DNA of 64,000 nt from Nitrospirota bacterium (GCA_963790205.1 CAWBNQ010000005.1:352001-416000); one strand, 5' to 3'. Shown: positions 1-8,807, numbered from the stretch's first letter. Notes: generated by a model not told the origin, from the sequence alone. Program-made: numbers and translations.

Positions 1-257
1 CGGGGATCCGGTGTTGCGGTCAGATCTTTTGGACTGATCTTCGCTCCCAGTCTTCGTCTTCGCTCTTCGGCAGGCAATTGTGAAATTTCGTTTTCACCGG
101 CCACCCATTGGGCGCCCTTGGTCTGTATGGCGGCTTGAACCTTTCCTAACTCAGCTTCATCCGCATAAAGGGTGACCGGCTGAAACGCGCCGATGAGAAC
201 AATAGCAGCCGTCAACAGTACATAGGGGAACCGCACAAACTTTCCAGCAGTTTTCAT
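1..257 (-). CDS. Secreted protein, 5' part only (runs off the window); possibly a papain-like C1 peptidase precursor
   Basis: ATG at 257 with AGGAGG RBS. Hand translation MKTAGKFVRFPYVLLTAAIVLIGAFQPVTLYADEAELGKVQAAIQTKGAQWVAGETKISQLPAEERRRRLG shows a signal peptide plus a segment resembling prokaryotic C1A prodomains. Confidence 0.5.
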   Translation of the reverse strand, partial: MKTAGKFVRFPYVLLTAAIVLIGAFQPVTLYADEAELGKVQAAIQTKGAQWVAGENEISQLPAEERRRRLGAKISPKDLTATPDP

Positions 258-340
258 AGATTACCCTCCTGATTTTGCTTCGCCCAACGAAACAATTTCT
301 TTCATACAACATACAATAGTATTACCATTTTCAAATAATA

Positions 341-370
341 TTGTCAATAACTATAAATAGTGGTTGACAA
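341..370. promoter_or_regulatory. Imperfect palindrome with outward-facing TTGACA boxes; possible promoter or operator
   Basis: ttgtcaa-ta-actat-aa-atagt-gg-ttgacaa in an AT-rich intergenic region upstream of the 257 ORF. Confidence 0.35.
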
Positions 371-609
371 CGTTTGTTGAGACGTCTTGTCAGGCAGGTA
401 TAGCACGATCAGGGGAAAGCTTTAGGGACATTGATGCGTGACGAGCACCGGGCCTATCCCGCCCGCCTTTCATCCTTCCCTCTCTGCTCAGGAGCAGGCT
501 CTGCGGATATAGGGCTGATCTTCTGACGAGGCGGGAATACGATGAGCGCCGAACAGGCAAGGTTAAAATTTCAGGATTGCGGATTGATAATGAATGAATC
601 AAATTTCGA

Positions 610-1128
610 TCATGGCTTGACTTGCTCAACAAATCTTCCCTGATATTTCGCATGACCGTCGCACTCTTCGAATATGAATTGGCAGATCCTGGTGCCGGGA
701 TACAGGGCTAAGGGCGCGTGTCCTAAATTCACGATTTCCAGGACCTGATGGTTGGAGATGCCCGGATGCATGAATCCGGCTGTAACATGAACAGCCAGCC
801 CAAAACGCGCGAACCTGCTTCTCCCTTCGAGCCGGCCGGATATATTATCGGCAAGGGTAATTTTTTCCTTCGTGATGCCCAATATCATCTCGCCCGGTTT
901 TATGACGATGGAATCGCCGTTCTTAACGTGGACATTTTTCGTTATGTCCTGGAACAGAGAATCGTTTTTGACATGGTAGATCTTTGAACGTTTTTTAAAG
1001 ACCCTGAAATCATTGCCCAGGGTAAGATCGATTGAACCGGGCCCGATCTGCGATTTGTCGAGTGGTTCGATTTTGATCTTTTTATTTTTTAGAGCCTTCC
1101 CGATTTCTTTCCCGATCAGCACGCTCAT
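610..1128 (-). CDS. dcd: dCTP deaminase
   Basis: GPGSIDLTLG, EGRSRFARFGL, AGFMHPG, LEIVNLG and RICQFIF motifs; C-terminal KYQGRF. Confidence 0.9.
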   Translation of the reverse strand: MSVLIGKEIGKALKNKKIKIEPLDKSQIGPGSIDLTLGNDFRVFKKRSKIYHVKNDSLFQDITKNVHVKNGDSIVIKPGEMILGITKEKITLADNISGRLEGRSRFARFGLAVHVTAGFMHPGISNHQVLEIVNLGHAPLALYPGTRICQFIFEECDGHAKYQGRFVEQVKP

Positions 1129-1189
1129 TGTTAGATGCCTTTCAATTCATTTTTTCCCGATGATTGGAATATTCTTCTCAAGAGTCTAT

Positions 1190-1220
1190 AGAGCCTATAG
1201 GGTCACGTCTTGTTATTTGA
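1190..1220. repeat. Left inverted repeat flanking the RAYT gene (REP-like)
   Basis: agagcctatagggtcacgtcttgttatttga is the reverse complement of 2110-2140 with 3 mismatches; it contains the RAYT stop codon. Confidence 0.85.
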
Positions 1221-2075
1221 TATTTGTTCTTGAGCACTCACCAACCTGCTGACGGTTGCATAGTTCAATCTCAGATGATCCGCGAGCTCTCTCTGAAGAT
1301 ACCCATGGCGTTCTACCGCATCGGCTATGCGCCGGTCCCGCTTGCGCTTATTCCGTAAAATGTCTTCCGAAAACAGCTTTTCCAGGGCCGGCCTCTTCAG
1401 GTATTTTTGACTCCGGGTGATCTCGGACACCTCTTTATGCTTCCTGAGATGATCTATAAAGCGGTCTGCAAAATCTTCTTCTCCGAGTATCGTCTGGCCC
1501 CGCACGTCGGTCCAGACGGATTGTTTGCCGATCCCCCATTTGACGAACTGCCGGTATTCTTGCTCCGCCTTGCCCCGCTTCCCGCTGAATTGGCCCAATA
1601 CCCAGTCTGTGGTGAGGCACGGATGGGGCTTTGCTCTGCCCGCCGTAGCCAGGTAGCTGGACCAGCGATACTCCTCCGGCATCTCAACCATCTTGGCCCG
1701 CACAGGATTCAGGACCACATACCGGCAAACCTCAAGGAGATGGCTGTCCTTCTGGATGAGGATGGCTTTGTATCGTCCCTGGAACAGGTAACCGGTCCTG
1801 CCATGCCAATTGTTAAAGAGCTGCGTGTAGACGCCGTTCAGCTGTCTCATGCCGATGGATAGATTGCCGTCCGGGGTCTCGATGAGGAGGTGGTAATGGT
1901 TGGTCATGAGACAATAAGCGTGGCAGATCCAGTTGTAGCGTTTGCCGGCATGCTGGAGGGTATTGAGGAAGTTCAAGCGGTCCTGCTCGTCCTTGAAGAC
2001 GGGCTTCTTTTCGTTCCCGCGGGAGGTGACGTGGTAAACAGCACCGGGATACTCTATGCGAAGGGGACGGGCCAT
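1203..2075 (-). CDS. REP-associated tyrosine (Y1/HUH) transposase with C-terminal HTH
   Basis: MARPLRIEYPGAVYHVTSRGN, HUH motif in MTNHYHLL, LFQGRYKA, YVVLNPVRA, YRWSS; C-terminal HTH QRELADHLRLNYATVSR. Confidence 0.92.
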   Translation of the reverse strand: MARPLRIEYPGAVYHVTSRGNEKKPVFKDEQDRLNFLNTLQHAGKRYNWICHAYCLMTNHYHLLIETPDGNLSIGMRQLNGVYTQLFNNWHGRTGYLFQGRYKAILIQKDSHLLEVCRYVVLNPVRAKMVEMPEEYRWSSYLATAGRAKPHPCLTTDWVLGQFSGKRGKAEQEYRQFVKWGIGKQSVWTDVRGQTILGEEDFADRFIDHLRKHKEVSEITRSQKYLKRPALEKLFSEDILRNKRKRDRRIADAVERHGYLQRELADHLRLNYATVSRLVSAQEQISNNKT

Positions 2076-2109
2076 AATGCCGCGACGATATCACAGCGCA
2101 ACGCAATTG

Positions 2110-2156
2110 TCAAGTTACAAGACGTGACCCTATAGGTTCTTGACCCTATAGGTTCT
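2110..2156. repeat. Right inverted repeat of the RAYT gene plus a tandem 16-bp duplication
   Basis: tcaagttacaagacgtgaccctataggttct; tgaccctataggttct occurs twice in tandem (2125-2140, 2141-2156). Confidence 0.85.
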
Positions 2157-2261
2157 AAGAGTATTGTTCGCTAGGTATCAACGTTATATATGGGTAGAGC
2201 ATGAGGTTAGATTTCCCCAATAAAGCTATAGAGAAAATCTTTATCAAGACTACCCAAAATA

Positions 2262-2320
2262 GAAACCTCCTGCTAAGAATTAGTTTATGACGGAACTAAA
2301 TTCAAGAACAGGAGGTTCCT
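2262..2320 (+). promoter_or_regulatory. Hairpin sequestering the IS110 transposase RBS
   Basis: aacctcctg pairs with caggaggtt (contains the AGGAGG RBS); inner arm gaattagttt / gaactaaattc. Confidence 0.55.
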
Positions 2321-3628
2321 ATGAACTATGTAAATGATATCAGACTTGAGCAGTTTCTTCAACTGAAGAAAGAGATTCGCGGCTCTGAGAAGCATTTGAT
2401 CGTCGGCATTGACGCGGCCAAGGAGAAGCACAATGCTTTTTTTGGTACGGCACGCGGAAAAACGCTGGTTAAGAATCTGGTCTTTGACAACACGCTTGAA
2501 GGCTTTCAAAAGCTGCTCGCATACGTCGAGCGAATCAAAGTTCAATTCAGCCTGACCACGGTGGTCTTCGGCATCGAGCCGACGGGTAACTATCACAAGC
2601 CCCTGGCTGAACATCTGATCAAGTGTGGGCACCTGGTCGTTCTCGTGGGAGGCGTCGCGGTCAAGAACAACCGGCAGCTTTTGGACGGCCGCTGGGACAA
2701 GCATGACGTCAAGGACGCGGCAAATGTCGCCGATCTCATAGCCCAGGGGAAGTGCCTGTTCTACGAGTATCCCCTGATGACGCTGCGGAACGTGCGTATC
2801 ATTATCGCACTCAAACGGCGCTTGAAGCGAAGGGAACACGGCATGAGCGTATGCATTCGCAATCACATCATAGCGCAGTATTTCCCGGAACTGGACCAAC
2901 ACTACGGCCCCTCGGAAGTCTTGGCGGTAGTGAGGGAATGCCTCGACCCCTCGGAGATTGCCGGCATGGAATACGATACCTTCTGCCGCACCGTCGCGCC
3001 GGGCAAGATGACGCTGGCAAAGGGCCGTCGGGTGGAAACGATCTGGAGGGCCGCGGTTGATTCCATCGGCTGCACGATGGGAGAAGCGGCATCTTTCGAA
3101 GCTCAAGTCATGGTGGACAGCCTGAAGCAGATCAGGCAGACCATCAAGTCGGTGGAAGAAAAGCTCGAAGATGCCTGCATGGAATTTCCGGAGTACACCT
3201 ACTTGCTGAGCATTCCGGGGTTCGGACCGGATGTCTCCTCAAAGGTGCTAGGGGCCATCGGCAATCCGCACCGGTTTACGAACGCAAAGCAGGTATTGAA
3301 AATGGCGGGACTCGACCTGTGCGCGGACCGAAGCGGCAAGAAGTCCAACAGCGCGATACCGGTCATCTCCAAGCAAGGCAAGGCCGATCTCCGCTACGGG
3401 CTCTATCAGGCGGCATTTATCGCCTCGCTCAAGAACAAGGACTTCATCGCCTACTTTACGAACAAGCTCAAGGGCCGGGCGAAGGAGAAAGGCATTGTCA
3501 CAAAGATGCGGGTCAAGCTGGCCGCGAAGCTCCTGATTATCGCCTGGACGCTGATGAAGAAGAAAGAATGCTTTGATCCAAAATACCTCAAACAGGTGGA
3601 TCAGGACGCGCAAAAAAAGGCGGCATGA
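2321..3628 (+). CDS. IS110-family recombinase/transposase (DEDD RuvC-like plus Tnp20 domain)
   Basis: IVGIDAAK, FGIEPTGNY and KHDVKDA give the DEDD residues; LLSIPGFG, DRSGK (catalytic Ser region), ISKQGKADLRYGLY. Confidence 0.95.
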   Translation: MNYVNDIRLEQFLQLKKEIRGSEKHLIVGIDAAKEKHNAFFGTARGKTLVKNLVFDNTLEGFQKLLAYVERIKVQFSLTTVVFGIEPTGNYHKPLAEHLIKCGHLVVLVGGVAVKNNRQLLDGRWDKHDVKDAANVADLIAQGKCLFYEYPLMTLRNVRIIIALKRRLKRREHGMSVCIRNHIIAQYFPELDQHYGPSEVLAVVRECLDPSEIAGMEYDTFCRTVAPGKMTLAKGRRVETIWRAAVDSIGCTMGEAASFEAQVMVDSLKQIRQTIKSVEEKLEDACMEFPEYTYLLSIPGFGPDVSSKVLGAIGNPHRFTNAKQVLKMAGLDLCADRSGKKSNSAIPVISKQGKADLRYGLYQAAFIASLKNKDFIAYFTNKLKGRAKEKGIVTKMRVKLAAKLLIIAWTLMKKKECFDPKYLKQVDQDAQKKAA

Positions 3629-3652
3629 TCCGTGAATCATAAAAAAACGATT

Positions 3653-3833
3653 TCGGCGAGAGAGCCCGGGACACAACGTTGAGGCTAGACCTCGCTGGGG
3701 ACAATATAGGGCCTCTCGTTTGAACGATAGAATCTGGATAAGGTATTCTGGGCGGCCAAACTGAAAGCGCGGCACGCCGAATAGGTCATAACGATTAGAG
3801 TTATCGTTCGTCTGGATGCGAGAGCCTCGCCGA
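3653..3833 (+). ncRNA. Putative bridge/seek RNA of the IS110 element
   Basis: Closing stem tcggcgag/ctcgccga. Arm 1 (3661-3716) has an internal loop carrying caacgtt and ggggaca, which match the left flank and the reverse complement of the right flank. Arm 2 (3722-3809) has stems gaacgatag/ttatcgttc and an internal loop. Confidence 0.7.
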
Positions 3834-4081
3834 TAAAAGCGCTGACGGCAGGAATGCCGAAAAGAGAACTGCGTCCTCAGTTGATGCTGAAAATTACCCT
3901 ATTGAAACTTATGCAAAATTAAGAAGCTCTTGACAGAAGCAATATAGTATGTCCCCTATGTTCTTATTACGGCCTTCCAATAGTAATAATATTTAAGCTG
4001 TTCTCCGAGCCACTCGATTTTGACCATAATGGTCGCTTTTTTAGCCCGAATGGTGGTAGTAGAAAGGAAAGGCCCTCCCCC

Positions 4082-4915
4082 TTAATATCCGAGTGCTTTG
4101 ATGCATCCTTCCTGAACCCCGGAATCGCACGCGTTCCTGTAATCCGACATGGCATGCGTCTCATCGCCCAGTTTAAGATAGAGGTTCCCGCGATTTAAAT
4201 AAGCCGTTCCGATACTCCTGTTCAGTTGAAGTGTCTTATTGAAATCATCCAGCGCCCTGCCGTATTGACCAAGGAGGACGTATGTACAACCGCGGTCTTG
4301 ATACGCCCAAGGATCATCAGGATTCAGCGAAATGGCCTTATTGAAATCGTCTACGGACTTGTCAAGCAAGCCGACCTTGCCGTAATCGATTCCCCGCCTG
4401 ATATACGCATTATTCGCAAACGGTTTTAAAAGAATCGCCGTGGTGTAGTCCCCGATCGCCCTGTCAAACTCTCCCTTTTGGTCAAAAACGCGACCGCGAT
4501 TATTATAGGCCTCGTAATAAGAAGGCTTCAAGGCAATCGCCCGATCATAGTCTGAGATTGCCTTATCGAGCTGCCCCATTCTGTAAAAAATAAAACCTCT
4601 ATTATCGTATGAAGACGCATTCTCCGGGTCGATCGTTACTGCCGTCTGGAATTCCTCCAGGGACTCGCGCAGGAGCCCCGCGGCTAAATAAGCGTCTCCG
4701 AGGTTAAAATGAGGTCTGATCGCGTGGGGACTTTTTTTTACCATATCCTTCCAAAAACTTATATCATCCCTGTAAATATCGTTTCTCATGTTAGTCGCGA
4801 ATGAAAACAAAATTATAATCGCCGTGGCGAGCGCGCCCCCCGCACGAAACTTACGCCCGGGCACGGGAGGGCGGCACCCTCCCATTTGTGGTATTTCGTC
4901 ACTGTTCGTAAGCAT
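4082..4915 (-). CDS. TPR-repeat protein with N-terminal TM segment (resembles the C-terminal half of TMTC-like proteins)
   Basis: Multiple 34-aa repeats AYNNRG..KAI.DY..AI.L.P; RNDIYRDDISFWKDMVKKSP after a hydrophobic helix. Confidence 0.8.
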   Translation of the reverse strand: MLTNSDEIPQMGGCRPPVPGRKFRAGGALATAIIILFSFATNMRNDIYRDDISFWKDMVKKSPHAIRPHFNLGDAYLAAGLLRESLEEFQTAVTIDPENASSYDNRGFIFYRMGQLDKAISDYDRAIALKPSYYEAYNNRGRVFDQKGEFDRAIGDYTTAILLKPFANNAYIRRGIDYGKVGLLDKSVDDFNKAISLNPDDPWAYQDRGCTYVLLGQYGRALDDFNKTLQLNRSIGTAYLNRGNLYLKLGDETHAMSDYRNACDSGVQEGCIKALGY

Positions 4916-5100
4916 TCGGCCGTTCTGTTTTACTGATCTGCTGACTCTTAACTATAGCATCGCTCAATTTTTTTGCTTAAACTGTCGTTGGCATTGCATA
5001 GTCTGATAATCTAATTGAGCAATGATCATACCAGGCCACTCACAGCATCTGGACGAATATATGCTTGATGTCCTGAATTGTCAACCACAACAGTGATCCC

Positions 5101-6519
5101 TGTCAACCCAAAGTTAAAATGTCCTATTCTTACCAAAGCAAAAATGTCCGGTTTTATGATGTTGCCTGAATCTCTGTTCTTGCTTTGACCATTGCCCTTG
5201 CTGGGGACTTCCAAGGATGTGATGCAGACGGCTTCCATGATCTTAGGGGTTTTGATTTCTCGGCCGACTTCTTTCCCTGTATGGGTCGTGCGATGATTTC
5301 TTGATACTTCAGACTCTGGCCGTTATGGATTATGCGCATGGTTCCGTCGGTTCTCTTTTCCACCGTCACCTTCTTAGCTCGGATATTGCTCTTGATCTGG
5401 TAAAGCTTCTTGTTGTGGGCGATCGTAAAGTCGTTCCGTAATGCTCGGTCGGTCTTGATCGAGAGAATCGTGTCAAGCGCCCTCTTATTCGCGACGGGTC
5501 GATGAAAGTCAGCTTTCTGTGCCGCTTCCTTGGCGTACTTCCTGTTGAACTCGGGGAGATAGCCATCCAGGAACGTGTTGCCTTCCCCTCTATTCGTCAC
5601 CCCGGCCAGCCGCATCTCGTTGACGACCCGATCCTGAAAGGTTCCGAACAGCCGCTCGATGCGTCCTTTGGCCTGGGGGGAATAAGCATGGATGACCTCG
5701 ACGCCAAGCTCTGCCAGGCTCTTCTCGAAATGGCTCATCGGTCGAATGTCGTTTAGCTCCTCTTCGATGCTCTGCTTTGCCGTGGCCTTGTACGTTGAGT
5801 GCCTGTCCAGATAGACGCTCTGGGGCAGCCCGTAGAGCCTGATATAACGCTTGAAACCATCCATGGCCGGCAGTGTTCCCTCATACTCATAAAAACGGGC
5901 ATGCACGGTGCCGGTGGCATCATCCACGTAACCCATGAGAACACACCAGGGGCCGCGGCCCTCGAACCAGTCGTGATGGGACCCGTCCATCTGGATCATC
6001 TCACCCCGGTGGGCCTTTCGTTCGCGCCACTGACGGTGTGGTCTCTTCTTGCGACTCTTGTAGGGGATATGCTCCTCTTGAAACCATCCCCGGAGCGTCT
6101 CGTCGCTGACCTTGATCTTGTGAAACGTTACAAGCTTCTCGCTGGCATGGGTGGGACCGAATTTCTTGTATATGTCCCGGCAGAGCGTGACGGCCTTGTC
6201 CTTTATCTTGTCGCCAATCCGATTATGCGACCTCTTCCCTCGGGACTTGTGGCAAATGCCGGCCTCTCCCTCCAATCGGACGCTTCTGGCAATTCTTCTT
6301 ACCTGCCGATCCGTTAATCCGAGTATTTTTGCTGCCTGATCCTGAGTTATCGCTTTTTCTATCGCCTGCCGAATAACGTGAAGCCGGTTCACTTCCTTTT
6401 GACTCATTATGATCTTGTCCTCTTCCGCCATCTTGCCCTCCCGGTACGGTTGGGCATTGTAGCTTAGAATAGGACATTTTAACTTTGGCGAAATAGGACA
6501 TTATCACTTTGGGAGGACA
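5101..6519 (-). mobile_element. IS1202-family (ISNCY) insertion sequence, 1419 bp, TGT...ACA ends, 16-bp target duplication
   Basis: Direct repeat ccacaacagtgatccc at 5085-5100 and 6520-6535; each end has two ~19-bp caaagttaaaatgtcctatt-like sites in inverted orientation. Confidence 0.92.
5154..6431 (-). CDS. ISNCY/IS1202-type DDE transposase
   Basis: N-terminal HTH; GEMIQMDGSHHDW, YVDDAT, YLDRHS, AYSPQAKGRIERLFGTFQDR. Confidence 0.95.
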   Translation of the reverse strand: MAEEDKIIMSQKEVNRLHVIRQAIEKAITQDQAAKILGLTDRQVRRIARSVRLEGEAGICHKSRGKRSHNRIGDKIKDKAVTLCRDIYKKFGPTHASEKLVTFHKIKVSDETLRGWFQEEHIPYKSRKKRPHRQWRERKAHRGEMIQMDGSHHDWFEGRGPWCVLMGYVDDATGTVHARFYEYEGTLPAMDGFKRYIRLYGLPQSVYLDRHSTYKATAKQSIEEELNDIRPMSHFEKSLAELGVEVIHAYSPQAKGRIERLFGTFQDRVVNEMRLAGVTNRGEGNTFLDGYLPEFNRKYAKEAAQKADFHRPVANKRALDTILSIKTDRALRNDFTIAHNKKLYQIKSNIRAKKVTVEKRTDGTMRIIHNGQSLKYQEIIARPIQGKKSAEKSKPLRSWKPSASHPWKSPARAMVKARTEIQATS

Positions 6520-6924
6520 CCACAACAGTGATCCCTGCCATACGCGCCGTGGCTTCGTCGGGCGAAGTTTATCTCAGCCCGAAGATAACGGGCATCGTTC
6601 TGGGGGATATGATCAAGCACGCGGCCAAAAGCGAGAACATCGGGAGTACAAGCCTCACGTCGAGGGAACTCGCGGCCCTGCAGCTTTTTGCCGAGGGGAG
6701 AAACACGAAGGAGATCGCGTCCCTCCTCACGTGCAGTGTCAAATCGGCGGAATACTATCGAAAACAAATCATGAAAAAACTCTGCACCGACAATATCGCT
6801 GATCTTATAAAGTTCGTCATCCGTGAAGGATTGGTCCCGCTATAAGCGGCACTGCTCACCGGAAAACCATATCATAAAATCGGGATTTTCATCGTTTAGC
6901 ATCTGCGGGGCTAGCGCCTGAAAT

Positions 6925-8133
6925 CTACTCGTAGCGAAGCGCCTGGATCGGGTCCTGGAGCGCGGCTTTGCGCGCCGGGTAGACGCCGAAGAACACGCCG
7001 ACAGCGGCGGAAAAGAAAAAGGCCATGAGGATCGACCAGGCCGAGACGCTCGTGGGCAGCACGTCCACGAACACGGGGATGATGAGCGACAGACCCACGC
7101 CGACGAGGATGCCGATAATCCCTCCCGCGCCGGAGAGCGTCATGGCCTCGATCATGAACTGGGCCATGATATCCCGGTTCCTCGCGCCGAGGGCCTTCCT
7201 GATGCCGATCTCGCGCGTCCGCTCCCGGACCGAGACGAGCATGATGTTCATGATGCCGATGCCGCCCACCAGGAGCGAGATGCCCGCGATGCCTCCAAGC
7301 ACCGCGGTCAACACGCCGAGAATGGTATTCATGGTCGCGAGCATGGCCCCTTGGGTCTGGATCGTGAAGTCTTCCTTGTGCGCGTGACGCCTGATGAGGA
7401 TGTCCTTGATCTGGGCAATGGCGCGGTCAACGTCCTCTGCCCGCGGCGTTGACGCGAGGATCTCGAACAGGCCGTCGGTGTCGAAAAGCTCCTGGCCGCT
7501 GGTCACCGGAATGAACACCACGTCGTCGATGTCCCAGCCAAGGCTGGTCCCTTTCTTCATCATCACGCCGATAACGCGGTAGCGCGCATCCGAAAGCAGG
7601 ACGGCTTTCCCGAGCGGATTTTCATCGCCGAAGAGCTCGTCCTTGACCGTTCTCCCGAGGACGACCACTTTGGATTTTCCGTCCACGTCCCCTTGCGATA
7701 CAAAAGATCCCGTATCGACAAAAAGGTTGCGCACGCGCTCGAACTCGTTTGTCGTGCCGATAATGGAGGTGTCGCGGCTGCGGTTCTCGTACTTGACCTT
7801 GCCCGTGCCGAACACGATCGGGACCGCGTCGGTCAGGAGCCAGGCGCGCCGTCGAAGGGCGAGTGAATCGTCATAGGAGAGCTTGCGCACGGTGCCGGCT
7901 GACGGAGGGTGGAAGCCCCCGCTGGTGCTTGTTTTCCCGGGCGTGATGACCAGAAGGTTCGTGCCCATGCCGGTGAGCTCTTTGGTAATGTAGACCCGCG
8001 CCCCCTCCCCGATGGACACGAGAAGGATCACGGCCATGACGCCGATGATGACGCCCAGCATGGTGAGCCCGGAGCGGACCTTGTTCGATAGAATGGCCTC
8101 GAAAGCGACCCTGAAGGTTTCAAAAAAGTTCAT
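6925..8133 (-). CDS. MacB/FtsX-type ABC transporter permease
   Basis: RSGLTMLGVIIGV, GGIGIMNIMLVSVRERTREIGIRKALGA, FGVYPARKAA. Confidence 0.92.
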   Translation of the reverse strand: MNFFETFRVAFEAILSNKVRSGLTMLGVIIGVMAVILLVSIGEGARVYITKELTGMGTNLLVITPGKTSTSGGFHPPSAGTVRKLSYDDSLALRRRAWLLTDAVPIVFGTGKVKYENRSRDTSIIGTTNEFERVRNLFVDTGSFVSQGDVDGKSKVVVLGRTVKDELFGDENPLGKAVLLSDARYRVIGVMMKKGTSLGWDIDDVVFIPVTSGQELFDTDGLFEILASTPRAEDVDRAIAQIKDILIRRHAHKEDFTIQTQGAMLATMNTILGVLTAVLGGIAGISLLVGGIGIMNIMLVSVRERTREIGIRKALGARNRDIMAQFMIEAMTLSGAGGIIGILVGVGLSLIIPVFVDVLPTSVSAWSILMAFFFSAAVGVFFGVYPARKAALQDPIQALRYE

Positions 8134-8807
8134 AGGACTGCCTTATCGCTGACGATCCTGCCGTCCTTCAGGTTGATGATCCTCTTGCACCGGGCCGCCA
8201 CGTCCTTATCGTGCGTCACAATGATGATCGTGACCCCCTGTTGGTTGAGCCCGGCCAGGATGTTCAGTATCTCTTCTCCCGAATGGCTGTCGAGGTTGCC
8301 CGTGGGCTCGTCCGCGAGCAGCAGCGGCGGATTATTCACCAGCGCCCGGGCTATGGCCACGCGCTGCTGCTGGCCCCCGGAAAGCTCCGTGGGTTTGTGC
8401 TGCATGCGGTTGGCGAGCCCCACTCTCTCCAATAACGGGGCGGCGCGCTCTTTGCGCTGGCGGGCCGGGACCCCGCTGTAGATGAGCGGGACTTCGACGT
8501 TCTTGAGCGCGGAAAACCGGGGGAGCAGGTTGAAGGTCTGGAACACAAACCCGATCTTCACGTTCCTGATCGATGCGAGCTCATCGTCCGTCATGGCGCT
8601 GATCTCGCGTTGTTCGAACAGGTATTTGCCGCTTGTGGGCCGGTCGAGACAGCCGATGATGTTCATGAGAGTCGATTTACCGGAACCGGAAGGCCCCATG
8701 ATGGCGATGAGTTCCCCCTTCTGTACGGTAAGGGAGACCTGCGAGAGGACGGTGAACTCCACTTCGCCCATATGGTAGTTCTTGGTTATGTCGGTAAGGT
8801 CGATCAT
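8130..8807 (-). CDS. MacB/LolD-type ABC ATP-binding protein
   Basis: GPSGSGKST, LSGGQQQRVAIARAL, LADEPTGNLD. Confidence 0.95.
   Translation of the reverse strand: MIDLTDITKNYHMGEVEFTVLSQVSLTVQKGELIAIMGPSGSGKSTLMNIIGCLDRPTSGKYLFEQREISAMTDDELASIRNVKIGFVFQTFNLLPRFSALKNVEVPLIYSGVPARQRKERAAPLLERVGLANRMQHKPTELSGGQQQRVAIARALVNNPPLLLADEPTGNLDSHSGEEILNILAGLNQQGVTIIIVTHDKDVAARCKRIINLKDGRIVSDKAVL

Larger units (their letters stand above)
2185..3950 (+). mobile_element. IS110-family insertion sequence (ends inferred; shared TAT core at 2185-2187 and 3948-3950)
   Basis: Transposase plus ~130-bp left and ~320-bp right non-coding ends. Boundaries inferred from matches of the internal RNA loop to caacgtt (2179-2185) and tgtcccc (3950-3956). 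Confidence 0.75.
5022..6845 (+). pseudogene. NarL/LuxR-family response regulator remnant interrupted by IS1202-like element
   Basis: 6528-6845 encodes IPAIRAVASSGEVYLSP...LTSRELAALQLFAEGRNTKEIASLL (end of REC plus LuxR HTH). The upstream piece 5022-5100 is short, degenerate and not in frame. Confidence 0.7.

Noticed and set aside
390..600. 87-aa ORF or riboswitch downstream of dcd
   Set aside because: No recognisable protein motif, RBS or riboswitch consensus.
2125..2156. CRISPR-like direct repeats
   Set aside because: Only two adjacent 16-bp units, no spacers, no cas genes.
3930..3950. Complete junction promoter formed on IS110 circularisation
   Set aside because: TTGACA is present, but the predicted junction gives no good -10 hexamer at 16-18 bp spacing.
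4988..5003. Sigma54 promoter (tggcattgca)
   Set aside because: GG and GC are not at -24/-12 spacing.
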